Assembly (NCBI GenBank): GCA_977018835.1
Contig: OZ361257.1
Coordinates: 4,774,001-4,838,000 of the forward strand
Direction: 5' to 3'
Length of the DNA: 64,000 nucleotides
DNA from: Minutocellus sp. GHC0000111
Lineage: Eukaryota
The first letter of the stretch is position 1; every line of letters begins with the position of its first letter. A model generated the notes under the pieces. That model was not told the DNA's origin. It ran no database searches and saw only the letters and a list, made by a program, of their open reading frames with translations. Made by a program: the position numbers and the translations under genes. Below are positions 49,101-59,877 of this stretch, one piece after another.

Positions 49101-49950
49101 CTCACCACATGCATTCCTTGCTGCTCTCACATGGCAATGAATGGAACATAAGCTTTGGTAGAGATCAGGGTGCTCCTATGGTCAAATGTGAGTTGCTCCA
49201 GTTAGGAGCGCCCCCTAGCTTTCCCAACGCTGCTGGCGACACCCACACCACCCACAAAGATGCGTGCTTTGGCTGCAGTGCAATCACAGGACACTGCTCA
49301 CCACATGCATTTCTTGCTGCTCTCACATGGCAATGAATGGAACATAAGCTTTGGTAGAGATCAGGTTGCTGCTATGGTCAAATGTGAGTTGCTCCAGTAA
49401 GGAGCGCCCTAGTTGTCCCAACGCTGCTGCTGGCGATGCCCACGCCACCCACATAGATGAGTGCTTTGGCTGCAGTGCAATCACAGGACACTGCTCACCA
49501 CATGAATTTCTTGCTGCTCTCACATTGTAATGAATGGAGCATAAGCTTTGGTAGAGATCAGGGTGCTCCTATGGTCAAACATGAGTTGCTCCAGTTAGGA
49601 GCGCCCTAGTTTTTCCAACGCTGCTGGCGACGCCCGCACCACCCACAAAGATGCGTGCTTTGGCTGCAGTGCAATCACAGGACACTGCTCACCACATGCA
49701 TTTCTTGCTGCTCTCACATGGCAATGAATGGAACATAAGCTTTGGTAGAGATCAGGGTGCTCCTATTATTGATGTTAGTTGCTCCAGTTAGGAGCGCCCT
49801 GATTTTCCCAACGCTGCTGGCGACGCCCACACCACCCACAAAGATGCGTGCTTTGGCTGCAGTGCAATCACAGGACACTGCTCACCACATGCATTCCTTG
49901 CTGCTCTCACATGGCAATGAATGGAACATAAGCTTTGGTAGAGATCAGGG
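46134..49950 (+). repeat. Sat-A spacer between element copies B and C (~20 monomers)
   Basis: Same monomer; 46822-49950 duplicates 36843-39971. Confidence 0.95.
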
Positions 49951-50146
49951 TGCTAAGAGGTCCTAAAGCTAAGCTAGATAGATATAGCTAGTAGAGGTTA
50001 GTAGGACCTACGTAGATGAAAATTGGGCCATCGGAGATGTCGTTGGCCCATGGATCAATTGTCAGGAGAGGGCACTGAGTCAGTGGTCTGATCACCGTAA
50101 GTACTGTACGAATATATACGTACGTACGTATCCCACGGTGTCAACA
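49951..50146 (-). repeat. 3' LTR, copy C
   Basis: Same as the copy B 3' LTR. Confidence 0.95.
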
Positions 50147-50205
50147 CCCCCTCGCAGATCAATGACTAGTGCCATTGAATCTACATGTAGAGTCCTAATT
50201 GGAAT

Positions 50206-53200
50206 CTACATGTAAGTAGACTGGTCGCATGTCGTCATGGTAGCGGGCGGGATTGTGCTTTTTAAAATAATTTGCGCTCCTTTCCGCCAGCACACCTGGA
50301 ATTGTCGTTGCTCCATGCGATCTTGGACCCAGTAGAATCTCATGTCCATAGCCTTAGACCGTCTTTGCTTGACGGTTTTATTGGCGATTCCAGATGCTGT
50401 AGAGTTGTCAACGACGACAGCAGTAGGGGGTTGCGGGTGACCCATTTCTTCTAGTGCTGCCCGGATTGGTGCTGCATCTTTCATGTTGAAAAATAGTCCT
50501 CCCAATTCGGCTTCAGCGGCTGAGGACATTGCATGCTTGATGATGTTGGCATTGACGAGGATGGCTCCATTCATTGGTGGCATGGGATCACTTGAGTCAG
50601 GCTGGCGGTGCGGGTCCTTAGGTCGGGAGCTTAGGTAGAAGTGCCCTCTGAGCTTGCTTCTTGATTTCGGGGCTGATAAGTGGGAGGCGTCGCTATGTAC
50701 ATGTGGGATCATGTCTGACTTGACGTGTCGAATGACTGCGTCGGGATGGGTTGCAAGGTAATCTAGAAGCTTCTTGGCATCTTGTCGAGTGCGCTCGGTA
50801 GCTTTGGATTGTTCCGCTGAGATGCTGTTGAGCGCCGGTAAAATTGTTGAATCAATTGCTCGACCATAGCACAAGGAGCTGCCCACCACCTGTTGAATTT
50901 TGTTGATGCCTTTGGCGTCGAGTGGTGGTGAGTCGTCTTCCGGTTCTGGCAGCTGGGGTCCCGGGCCATACGTCGGATGATTCCATCGACATGGCGCATG
51001 CTCGGGCCGTGAGGGGCGGTCGTGTTGGAACTTGTGGCGCATCTCCTTGACGTAGTTAGGCATAGATAGATCCACCCATTTGGCCTCGTAGTTCCACTCG
51101 AGTTGAACACCACAATAAAGTCGGCCTTCCCAATCGGTAGTGATCTTATACTTGGAGTTGAGGGCCTGAATGAGATGGTCTGCATGCTCTTTCCCGACAT
51201 GCTTTGCTCCAAAATCGTCAACGGTTAGGCAAAAGGTAATTGGGCGGGTTTTGTGCCTCCAAAGGCCGGCAGTTCGCTTGCATGGGAAATAGCCATGGGG
51301 TTTGAGATGCTTGACAAGTTGATCGTAGGCTAGGCGCCCTGCCTGGGGTAATCCATGCATTCCGCCATCGATTCTGACCAATACTCGACCATTCTTTACT
51401 TTGTCGTGGAGGTCGTAGGCTTCCATGACTTTGTCGGGGATGAGAGCTACTGGCGCCCACATCCATTCTGGCTCTGGCATGGTGCTATTGAGATAGAAGT
51501 CACTGATATCAATTCCCATGAAACGAGCGTTGTCTGTAGAGATGACGCTGTTGAAAAGTAACTTTGCAGTCAACATTTCAGCGGTCGGGGTCGAGACTGT
51601 ACCAGGGTAATGAATTTTGTCGCCTCCTGCAGTCCATCGAACTCGATTGGGATTTGGTTTATGGGAGCGATAGTCGGCGACAATGCGGAGGTATGTGGCT
51701 TTTTTCCCCCGAGGCAGTTCGGACCAGTGGACGAAAGCCATTGTATTGGAGGGAATGCTAGCACTGTTTCCAACTCGGCCGTCCGTTAGCCGTCCAATTT
51801 CATCGATGTTTGCTTGAATGAATTGGTCCCTCATGTTCGTTTTGAGGAGGTCGCGGTATTCAAGCATTGCACCAGTGTCGGGATGGACGACGGCGTTAGC
51901 AAAGTGTTGGAGGTTTGGTAAAGGCGAGAAAGCTGCCATGTTGGCCACGTGGTGGGTGCTACGACGAGATGATGGCCGTGGGGGAGGGTTCCGATGTGGA
52001 ATGTACCCTCGCTGACGGTATGATCGTCGTCGAGGTGGTTTGGCGGTCGATGGTTTGGACTTGCTTGTCGATTTTGCTGGAGCTGGTAATGTTGGAGTGG
52101 CATCGATCGTTGGAGACTTGCGTTTACGTTGCCGACGGGAGGTGGGGGCATTGGAACTTTGATTGGATGTTACGACGGTTGCATCGTCGCCGTTGGGCTC
52201 GTCTACTGCAACCAAAGGATTGTAGCAGTTGGAAGAAACTGACGAGCGAGGTGGCGCGTTGGATCGACGTGATCGACGGCTTTTAGTGGTGGCTGCATCA
52301 TATGTGGAGGATTTTGCCACCCTCGGAGGTTGCTGGGGCTGAGGTAACGGAGCGTTGGGGTTGGAGACAAGGTGACGGCCTGCTTCAGTCTCGTTCATCT
52401 CTTCTACGTCGTCGTCCTCGTATTTGATTTTGTAGTGCTTATACTTCTTGTCAAATGCAACGACTCTACCCTTGTAATTGCGATCTCCAAACACTTTGGC
52501 GACGATGGTACCGTGGCCGAATCGTTGGGAGTCGTCATCGTTCTCCAGCACCCTCGGAGCTGCGGTTGTCTGCATCGTCTCATCAGAGGCGGAGGTGGCA
52601 GATTCTGCTGGGGTCACTCTGTTGAAAATCTCGGAGAGCTTTTCTAAAGCTTGACGATGCTCGTCTCGAAGGGGAGCAAGGGGTGCCGCTGGATGTGGAT
52701 TCTGTAGAGCGTGCAGGAGTTCATGAGCTGCGACTATTGCTGCATCGGCCGACGACGTTTTGGGTACCGGAATCATTTTGGGGAGCCAGACGAGTGTGTT
52801 ACCAGTGCGTTCCGCCCGAGTTTCCTCAATCCAAACCTTGTAACACCGGTAGTGTTCCATGGCTGGACCGACATAGTACCCATCAACGCCATGCGGGGAC
52901 CAAGAGCCGCGTGCCGAGGGCATCTCGTGAAAGATGACCTTGCATCCGAGGGGGCCGAGAGGCGTGCGATTGAAATCAAAGCCGCCATTGAGTTGCTCGT
53001 ACGCTGATAGTCGAGGGTTGACTCGGGATGCTCTCAGGAAATTGAGGGTCATTACCGCCTGCTCCAGCAATTTATCCCACAAGATGAGGGGAAAGTCGGG
53101 ATCGGTACCACAGAGAATCGCAATGAAATGATTCTTAAAGGTTCGAATGGCTCGTTCGGCCGCATTTCGGCGGTGGGAGTGCGTTGGGGTCAATTGAAAA

Positions 53201-54333
53201 TCTACATCCTTTTCTTCCATGAACTCCTTCAGCTCTCGACTCACTTCATTATCCAATCGTTGCAATTTTGGGCGAAATCCTCGCTTGGAGAGGTATTCGA
53301 AAATAGTTTGGTACGCTCGGCGCATTTCCGTTCCCGATCGGCTTTTCATTGGTTCGGCCAAGATGCTGTTGGAGTCATAGTCATAGACGACCATTATGTG
53401 CTGGTGGCCAGAAATAGACGATACCAAGAAACGGCCGGGCTGATCTGAGAAGATCTGGCCCGTTATGTCATGACAATCAGCAAAGACATAGTTGGTGCGC
53501 TGTTGGTGTTGTGCCGGGTGGAGATCCTGCTCGGTTTCGTCCACCCCAGGGAGAGATTTTGGCGTAGCCATCGACCGTTTGGGCTTGGTCGACCTGATGT
53601 TCTTGCGCTGCTGGTCTAAGTGACCTTTAATCATCGGCATCGACTGTGGCATGTGCTTACGTACAAGCTTTGATGTGAGGCCTGGCCAAGATCTATAAAA
53701 TCCCGCATCGATTGCTTTGCACCAGGTAGATAGCTGAGGACTGCCAGCGCACCAATGTAAAAAGGCTACACGTTCCGGAACCGTCTCCTGGGCAATTGCG
53801 GCGTTGGCAGCATGTTGGATGACGTTGGGGCCGGGGAGCGGCGACATGGTGGGCGAGCAATTAAGATCTACCATCCACAATTTCGTTGAGGGGTCTCGTT
53901 TACCTTGCAAAATGACGGTGTTGTCCTTGGCGATGACTACCGAATCCTTATCGAAAGTGGCAACACATCCATCGTCACACAGCTGCCCAATCGATAGGAG
54001 CGATGATGCCATATTGTTGAAAATATAGGCCTTGCTAGCCGATGGGGAAACCCCAGGGAGGCGAAGCGTGGCCTCGTGGGTGTTCGTCATTGTGCTGTTA
54101 TCCGGAAGGGTGACGCTGATAGGAATTGCTGTCTGTTGGACGCTGAAAATAGGGCCATCGTACGATAGGTATTGGGGCTTCTGGACAAAATGTCCCGTCG
54201 TTCCAGTATCTGCTGCGAGGACGATTGGCTCTTGAGTTGGAGGTTTGCTTTTTGACGTAAGAAAAGCTAACGAAGGCGGGGAGGAGGTGGATTCAGATAT
54301 GCTATCCTCTGTTTTATACTGATTAATATCCAC
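50206..54333 (-). CDS. pol: Pol polyprotein, copy C; probably inactivated
   Basis: Translation matches copy B Pol, including the C-terminal frameshift. Confidence 0.93.
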   Translation of the reverse strand: MDINQYKTEDSISESTSSPPSLAFLTSKSKPPTQEPIVLAADTGTTGHFVQKPQYLSYDGPIFSVQQTAIPISVTLPDNSTMTNTHEATLRLPGVSPSASKAYIFNNMASSLLSIGQLCDDGCVATFDKDSVVIAKDNTVILQGKRDPSTKLWMVDLNCSPTMSPLPGPNVIQHAANAAIAQETVPERVAFLHWCAGSPQLSTWCKAIDAGFYRSWPGLTSKLVRKHMPQSMPMIKGHLDQQRKNIRSTKPKRSMATPKSLPGVDETEQDLHPAQHQQRTNYVFADCHDITGQIFSDQPGRFLVSSISGHQHIMVVYDYDSNSILAEPMKSRSGTEMRRAYQTIFEYLSKRGFRPKLQRLDNEVSRELKEFMEEKDVDFQLTPTHSHRRNAAERAIRTFKNHFIAILCGTDPDFPLILWDKLLEQAVMTLNFLRASRVNPRLSAYEQLNGGFDFNRTPLGPLGCKVIFHEMPSARGSWSPHGVDGYYVGPAMEHYRCYKVWIEETRAERTGNTLVWLPKMIPVPKTSSADAAIVAAHELLHALQNPHPAAPLAPLRDEHRQALEKLSEIFNRVTPAESATSASDETMQTTAAPRVLENDDDSQRFGHGTIVAKVFGDRNYKGRVVAFDKKYKHYKIKYEDDDVEEMNETEAGRHLVSNPNAPLPQPQQPPRVAKSSTYDAATTKSRRSRRSNAPPRSSVSSNCYNPLVAVDEPNGDDATVVTSNQSSNAPTSRRQRKRKSPTIDATPTLPAPAKSTSKSKPSTAKPPRRRSYRQRGYIPHRNPPPRPSSRRSTHHVANMAAFSPLPNLQHFANAVVHPDTGAMLEYRDLLKTNMRDQFIQANIDEIGRLTDGRVGNSASIPSNTMAFVHWSELPRGKKATYLRIVADYRSHKPNPNRVRWTAGGDKIHYPGTVSTPTAEMLTAKLLFNSVISTDNARFMGIDISDFYLNSTMPEPEWMWAPVALIPDKVMEAYDLHDKVKNGRVLVRIDGGMHGLPQAGRLAYDQLVKHLKPHGYFPCKRTAGLWRHKTRPITFCLTVDDFGAKHVGKEHADHLIQALNSKYKITTDWEGRLYCGVQLEWNYEAKWVDLSMPNYVKEMRHKFQHDRPSRPEHAPCRWNHPTYGPGPQLPEPEDDSPPLDAKGINKIQQVVGSSLCYGRAIDSTILPALNSISAEQSKATERTRQDAKKLLDYLATHPDAVIRHVKSDMIPHVHSDASHLSAPKSRSKLRGHFYLSSRPKDPHRQPDSSDPMPPMNGAILVNANIIKHAMSSAAEAELGGLFFNMKDAAPIRAALEEMGHPQPPTAVVVDNSTASGIANKTVKQRRSKAMDMRFYWVQDRMEQRQFQVCWRKGAQIILKSTIPPATMTTCDQSTYM

Positions 54334-54345
54334 CGTCCCTCCCGC

Positions 54346-55626
54346 TCAGTTACGACGCGAGCTACCACCGCAAGGATTGTACTTGGTGGCGTTATCAACG
54401 TGGTTGGGCCCTTTGCAAGTGCATTCAAAGCTGGGGTGGTTGGACGAATAGCCGCACGTGTGGCAATAATGGCCTCTGGGGAGGATCGACTGCAGTTCCC
54501 GCTTCTCCTGGTGGTTGAGGTTAGGACCTTGGCCTGGGAAGTGGCCGGCGCCGTTCTGCTGGCCACCGCCGCGGTAGCCTCCACTGCCACCAGTGTGGTT
54601 GCGTCCCTCACGCAGAACGCGGTTCTCGGCCTTGAGTGAAGCTATTTCTTGGCGAAGTTTGGCAATGGTGTCATCCTTCTCGTTGCTCTTTTTGGCGAGG
54701 TTCGCCATCATGGCTTGGTTGGTCTTGAGGGCTTCGGTGGTATCAGCCAAAAGGAGATCGGCTCGAGAAAGAAATGGATCGTCCGAGGCCGATGAGGCCA
54801 AATTCGCGCCATGATATCCTGCCGCTTCGGTGGTGGTATTGGCCATCTTCTTATCACACCAATCGCGGAAGTCCGACTGCATGTTGGCCCACGTGCGTTC
54901 GGCCTCCGGTCTGTCGTCCCAGTCCTCGCATGCCTTCTTTGCCAATGAGAACCTGCGCACGGAGCGGTAGAACTTGGAGACCTTTTGCTTGTTGGTGAAG
55001 GGTTCGCCGGCCGTTTCAAACGCCTTGAAGACTTTGTTGAATATGGCGATGTGGGTGTCGATGGGTCCCCCGTCGTGCTGCTTCTCGAGCTGCTTCTCTA
55101 ATTCCTCCTTCTGAGTCTCGTTGAATTTCAAGTAGCGATCGGCAATGCTGTCGATGATTTGGCGGATGGTGACTGGCTGGAAACCGAGCATGTCATCTTC
55201 GAGATGATTGATGTAGACGGCGTCGATCGAGTCGAGGAGGAGATTCTTGATCGCCGTGTTGACTTGCTCGTGCAAGTTGTAGTGGCCCTTTTCGATGTGA
55301 TGTCCCCGGATTGCACGATCGCGTTGGTCTAGATTGGCCACGGCGGGAATGGTGGGGCTGGGGCCAGGATTTGCCGGAGGCACATGTGGTCGGCCGTTAC
55401 TTTTGGTGGTGTGTTCGGCATCGCTGACGACGAGGCCCAAATGGCCGAGGTCATGGTCATTGTGCCCTGCTGGAATGCTGGCCGCCGCTTGTTGAAGTTC
55501 CTTGAGAGCTTTGGCAACACGCTCGCGTTGGGGAGGTTGTCCTGGGTCATTCATACGTGTGATTAACTTGGTGGGGAGAATCGGCGCTGCGCCGAGAGGT
55601 TGGCCAAAAGCTGCGTTGGGATTCAC
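54346..55626 (-). CDS. gag: Gag, copy C
   Basis: Translation matches copy B Gag. Confidence 0.88.
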   Translation of the reverse strand: MNPNAAFGQPLGAAPILPTKLITRMNDPGQPPQRERVAKALKELQQAAASIPAGHNDHDLGHLGLVVSDAEHTTKSNGRPHVPPANPGPSPTIPAVANLDQRDRAIRGHHIEKGHYNLHEQVNTAIKNLLLDSIDAVYINHLEDDMLGFQPVTIRQIIDSIADRYLKFNETQKEELEKQLEKQHDGGPIDTHIAIFNKVFKAFETAGEPFTNKQKVSKFYRSVRRFSLAKKACEDWDDRPEAERTWANMQSDFRDWCDKKMANTTTEAAGYHGANLASSASDDPFLSRADLLLADTTEALKTNQAMMANLAKKSNEKDDTIAKLRQEIASLKAENRVLREGRNHTGGSGGYRGGGQQNGAGHFPGQGPNLNHQEKRELQSILPRGHYCHTCGYSSNHPSFECTCKGPNHVDNATKYNPCGGSSRRN

Positions 55627-55916
55627 GCTGGTGTTTCAGTCAGCGAAGACAGTCAGCACGGCGGTGTTGCTGCGAGACGTGTGATCGACAGAAGGTTCGA
55701 TCCAGAGAAGTGTGATCGATTGGATGGGTCGATCTGGTCAGGACTTCCGGGGAAAAGATTGGATCGTCGTTCCAATATTGTCGAAAGAAACGGTCGTTTT
55801 GGCCGATTGAAGATGTGTCGGTTTTTCTTGCGTGACGAGTGAGAACCCAAGACAAACCGGTGAGGTGCGAACCGAAATGGGGCGAGCACAGGTGGAAAAG
55901 ATGTATCACGTAGGTC

Positions 55917-56112
55917 TGCTAAGAGGTCCTAAAGCTAAGCTAGATAGATATAGCTAGTAGAGGTTAATAGGACCTACGTAGATGAAAAATGGGCCATCGG
56001 AGATGTCGTTGGGCCATGGATCAACGGTCAGGAGAGGGCACTGAGTCAGTGGTCTGATCACCGTACGTACCGTACGTATGTATACGTACGTAAGTATCCC
56101 ACGGTATCAACA
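55917..56112 (-). repeat. 5' LTR, copy C
   Basis: Same as the copy B 5' LTR except CAACGG vs CAAGGG. Confidence 0.95.
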
Positions 56113-59100
56113 CAGGGTGCTCCTGTGGTCGAATATGAGTTTCTCCAGTTAGGAGCGCCCTAACTTTCCCAACGATGCTGGCGATGCCAACACCACCCCC
56201 ACAAAGATGCATGCTTTCGCTGCAGTGTAATCACAGGACACTGCTCACCACATGCATTCCTTGCTGCTCTCACATGGCAATGAATGGAACATGAGCTTTG
56301 GTAGAGATCAGGGTGCTCCTATGGTCAAACATGAAATGCTCCAGTAAGGAGCGCCCTGGCTTTCCCAACGCTGCTGGTGACGCCCACACCCCCCCCACAA
56401 AGATGAGTGCTTTGGCTGCAGTGCAATCACAGGACACTGCTCACCACATGCATTCCTTGCTGCTCTCACATGGCAATGAATGGAACATAAGCTTTGGTAA
56501 AGAACAGGGTGCTCCTATGGTCAAACATGAGTTGCTCCAGTTTTAGGAGCGCCCAAATTTTCCCAACGCTGCTGGCGACGCCCACACCCCCCACAAAGAT
56601 GAGTGCTTTGGCTGCAGTGCAATCACAGGACACTGCTCACCACATGCATTCCTTGCTGCTCTCACATTGCAATGAATGGAACATAAGCTTTGGTAGAGAT
56701 CAGGGTGCTCCTATGGACAAATGTGATTTGCTCCAGTTAGGAGCGCCCTAGTTTTCCCAACACTGCTGGCGACGCCCACACCACCCACACAGACGAGTGC
56801 TTTGGCTGCAGTGCAATCACAGGACACTGCTCACCACATGCATTCCTTGCTGCTCTCACATGGCAATGAATGGAACATGAGCTTTGGTAGAGATCAGGGC
56901 ACTCCTATGGTCAAATATGAGTTGCTCCAGTTAGGAGCGCCCTAGTTGTCCCAACGCTGCTGGCGACGCCCACACCACCCACAAAGATGAGTGCTTTGGC
57001 TGCAGTGCAATCACAGGACACTGCTCACCACATGCATTCCTTGCTGCTCTCACATTGCAATGAATGGAACATGAGCTTTGGTAGAGATCAGGCAGGGTGC
57101 TCCTATGGTCAAACATGACTTGCTCCAGTTAGGAGCGCCCTAGCTTTCCCAACGCTGCTGGCGACGCCCACACCACCCACAAAGATGAGTGCTTTGGCTG
57201 CAGTGCAATCACAGGACACTGCTCACCACATGCATTCCTTGCTGCTCTCACATGGCAATGAATGGAACATGAGCTTTGGTAGAGATCAGGGTGCTCCTAT
57301 ATTGTCAAACATGAGTTGCTCTCCAGTTAGGAGCGCCCTAGCTTTCCCAACGCTGCTGTCGACGCCCACACCACCCACACAGACACGTGCTTTCGCTGCA
57401 GTGCAATCACAACAAGCTTTGGTAGAAATCAGGGTGTCTTGTTGTCAAATATGAGTTGTTCCAGTTAGGAGCGCCCTAGTTCTCCCAACGCTGCTGGCGA
57501 CGCCCACACCACCCACAAAGATGCGTGCTTTGGCTGCAGTGCAATCACAGGACACTGCTCACCACATGCATTCCTTGCTGCTCTCACATGGCAATGAATG
57601 GAACATGAGCTTTGGTAGAGATCAGAGCACTCCTATGGTCAAATATGAGTTGCTCCAGTTAGGAGCGCCCTAGTTGTCCCAACGCTGCTGGCGACGCCCA
57701 CACCACCCACAAAGATGAGTGCTTTGGCTGCAGTGCAATCACAGGACACTGCTCACCACATGCATTCCTTGCTGCTCTCACATTGCAATGAATGGAACAT
57801 GAGCTTTGGTAGAGATCAGGCAGGGTGCTCCTATGGTCAAACATGAGTTGCTCCAGTTAGGAGCCCTGTATTTTCTTTTCAACACTGCTGGCGACGCCCA
57901 CACAACCCACAAAGATGCATGCTTTGGCTGCAGTGCAATCAAAGGACACTGCTCACCACATGCATTCCTTGCTGCTCTCACATGGCAATGAATGGAACAT
58001 GAGCTTTGGTAGAGATCAGGGTGCTCCTGTGGTCAAACATGAGTTGCTCCAGTTAGGAGCGCCCTAGTTTTCCCAACGCTGCTGGCGACGCCCACACCAC
58101 CCACAAAGATGCGTGCTTTGGCTGCAGTGCAATCACAACAATCTTTGGTAGAGATCAGGGTGTCTTGTTGTCAAATATTAGTTGTTCCAGTTAGGAGCGC
58201 CCTAGTTTTCCCAACGCTGCTGGCGACGCCCACACCACCCACAAAGATGCGTGCTTTGGCTGCAGTGCAATCACAGGACACTGCTCACCACATGCATTCC
58301 TTGCTACTCTCACATGGCAATGAATGGAACATAAGCTTTGGTAGAGATCAGGGTGCTCCTATGGACAAATGTGATTTGCTCCAGTTAAGAGCGGCGCCCT
58401 AGTTTTCCCAACACTGCTGGCGACGCCCACACCACCCACACAGACGAGTGCTTTGGCTGCAGTGTAATCGCAGGACACTGCTCACCACATGCATTCCTTG
58501 CTGCTCTCACATGGCAATGAATGGAACATGAGCTTTGGTAGAGATCAGGGTGCTCCTGTGGTCAAACACGAGTTGCTCCAGTTAGGAGCGCCCTAGTTGT
58601 CCCAACGATGCTGGCGACGCCCACACCAACCAGACAGATGCGTGCTTAGGCTGCAGTGCAATCACAACAATCTTTGGTAGAGATCAGGGTGTCTTGTGGT
58701 CAAATATTAGTTGTTCCAGTTAGGAGCGCCCTAGTTTTCCCAACGCTGCTGGCGACGCCCACACCACCCACAAAGATGCGTGCTTTGGCTGCAGTGCAAT
58801 CACAGGACACTGCTCACCACATGCATTCCTTGCTACTCTCACATGGCAATGAATGGAACATAAGCTTTGGTAGAGATCAGGGTGCTCCTATGGACAAATG
58901 TGATTTGCTCCAGTTAAGAGCGGCGCCCTAGTTTTCCCAACACTGCTGGCGACGCCCACACCACCCACACAGACGAGTGCTTTGGCTGCAGTGTAATCGC
59001 AGGACACTGCTCACCACATGCATTCCTTGCTGCTCTCACATGGCAATGAATGGAACATGAGCTTTGGTAGAGATCAGAGCACTCCTATGGTCAAATGTGA

Positions 59101-59877
59101 TTTGCTCCAGTTAGGAGCGCCCTAGTTTTCCAAACGCTGCTGGCGACGCCCACACCACCCACAAAGATGAGTGCTTTGGCTGCAGTGCAATCACAGGACA
59201 CTGCTCACCACATGCATTCCTTGCTGCTCTCACATTGCAATGAATGGAACATGAGCTTTGGTAAAGGTCAGGGTGCTCCTGTCGTAAAACATGAGTTGCT
59301 CCAGTTAGGAGCCCTGTATTTTCTTTTCAACACTGCTGGCGACGCCCACACCACCCACAAAGATGCATGCTTTGGCTGCAGTGCAATCAAAGGACACTGC
59401 TCACCACATGCATTCCTTGCTGCTCTCACATGGCAATGAATGGAACATGAGCTTTGGTAGAGATCAGGGTGCTCCTGTGGTCAAACATGAGTTGCTCCAG
59501 TTAGGAGCGCCCTAGTTTTCCCAACGCTGCTGGCGACGCCCACACCACCCACAAAGATGAGTGCTTTGGCTGCAGTGCAATCACAGGACACTGCTCACCA
59601 CATGCATTCCTTGCTGCTCTCACATGGCAATGAAGGAACATAAGCTTTGGTAGAGATCAGGGTGCTCCTACCATTGATGTTTGTTGCTCCAGTTAGGAGC
59701 GCCCTAGTTTTCCCAACACTGCTGGTGACGCCCACACCACCCACATAGACGAGTGCTTTGGCTGCAGTGCAATCACAGGACACTGCTCACCACATGCATT
59801 CCTCGCTGCTCTCACATGTCAATGAATGGAACATAAGCTTTGGTAGAGATCAGGGTGCTCCTATGGTGACAAATGAG
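56113..59877 (+). repeat. Divergent Sat-A edge block
   Basis: Same monomer with more private variants (CATGAGC, CAGGCAGGG, ~50-bp deleted units near 57410, 58137 and 58666). Confidence 0.93.

Larger units (their letters stand above)
49951..56112 (-). mobile_element. Full-length Ty1/copia LTR retrotransposon, copy C (tandem duplicate of copy B, offset 9979)
   Basis: LTRs 49951-50146 and 55917-56112; TSD CAGGG at 49946-49950 and 56113-56117; Gag and Pol translations match copy B. Confidence 0.96.

Noticed and set aside
4284..56117. Identical CAGGG sites as proof of repeated site-specific integration
   Set aside because: Shared flanking variants and lesions show segmental duplication of one locus.
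2483..59783. Many 60-117 aa ORFs in Sat-A
   Set aside because: Translations of the satellite in several frames with stops in most units; no domain signal.
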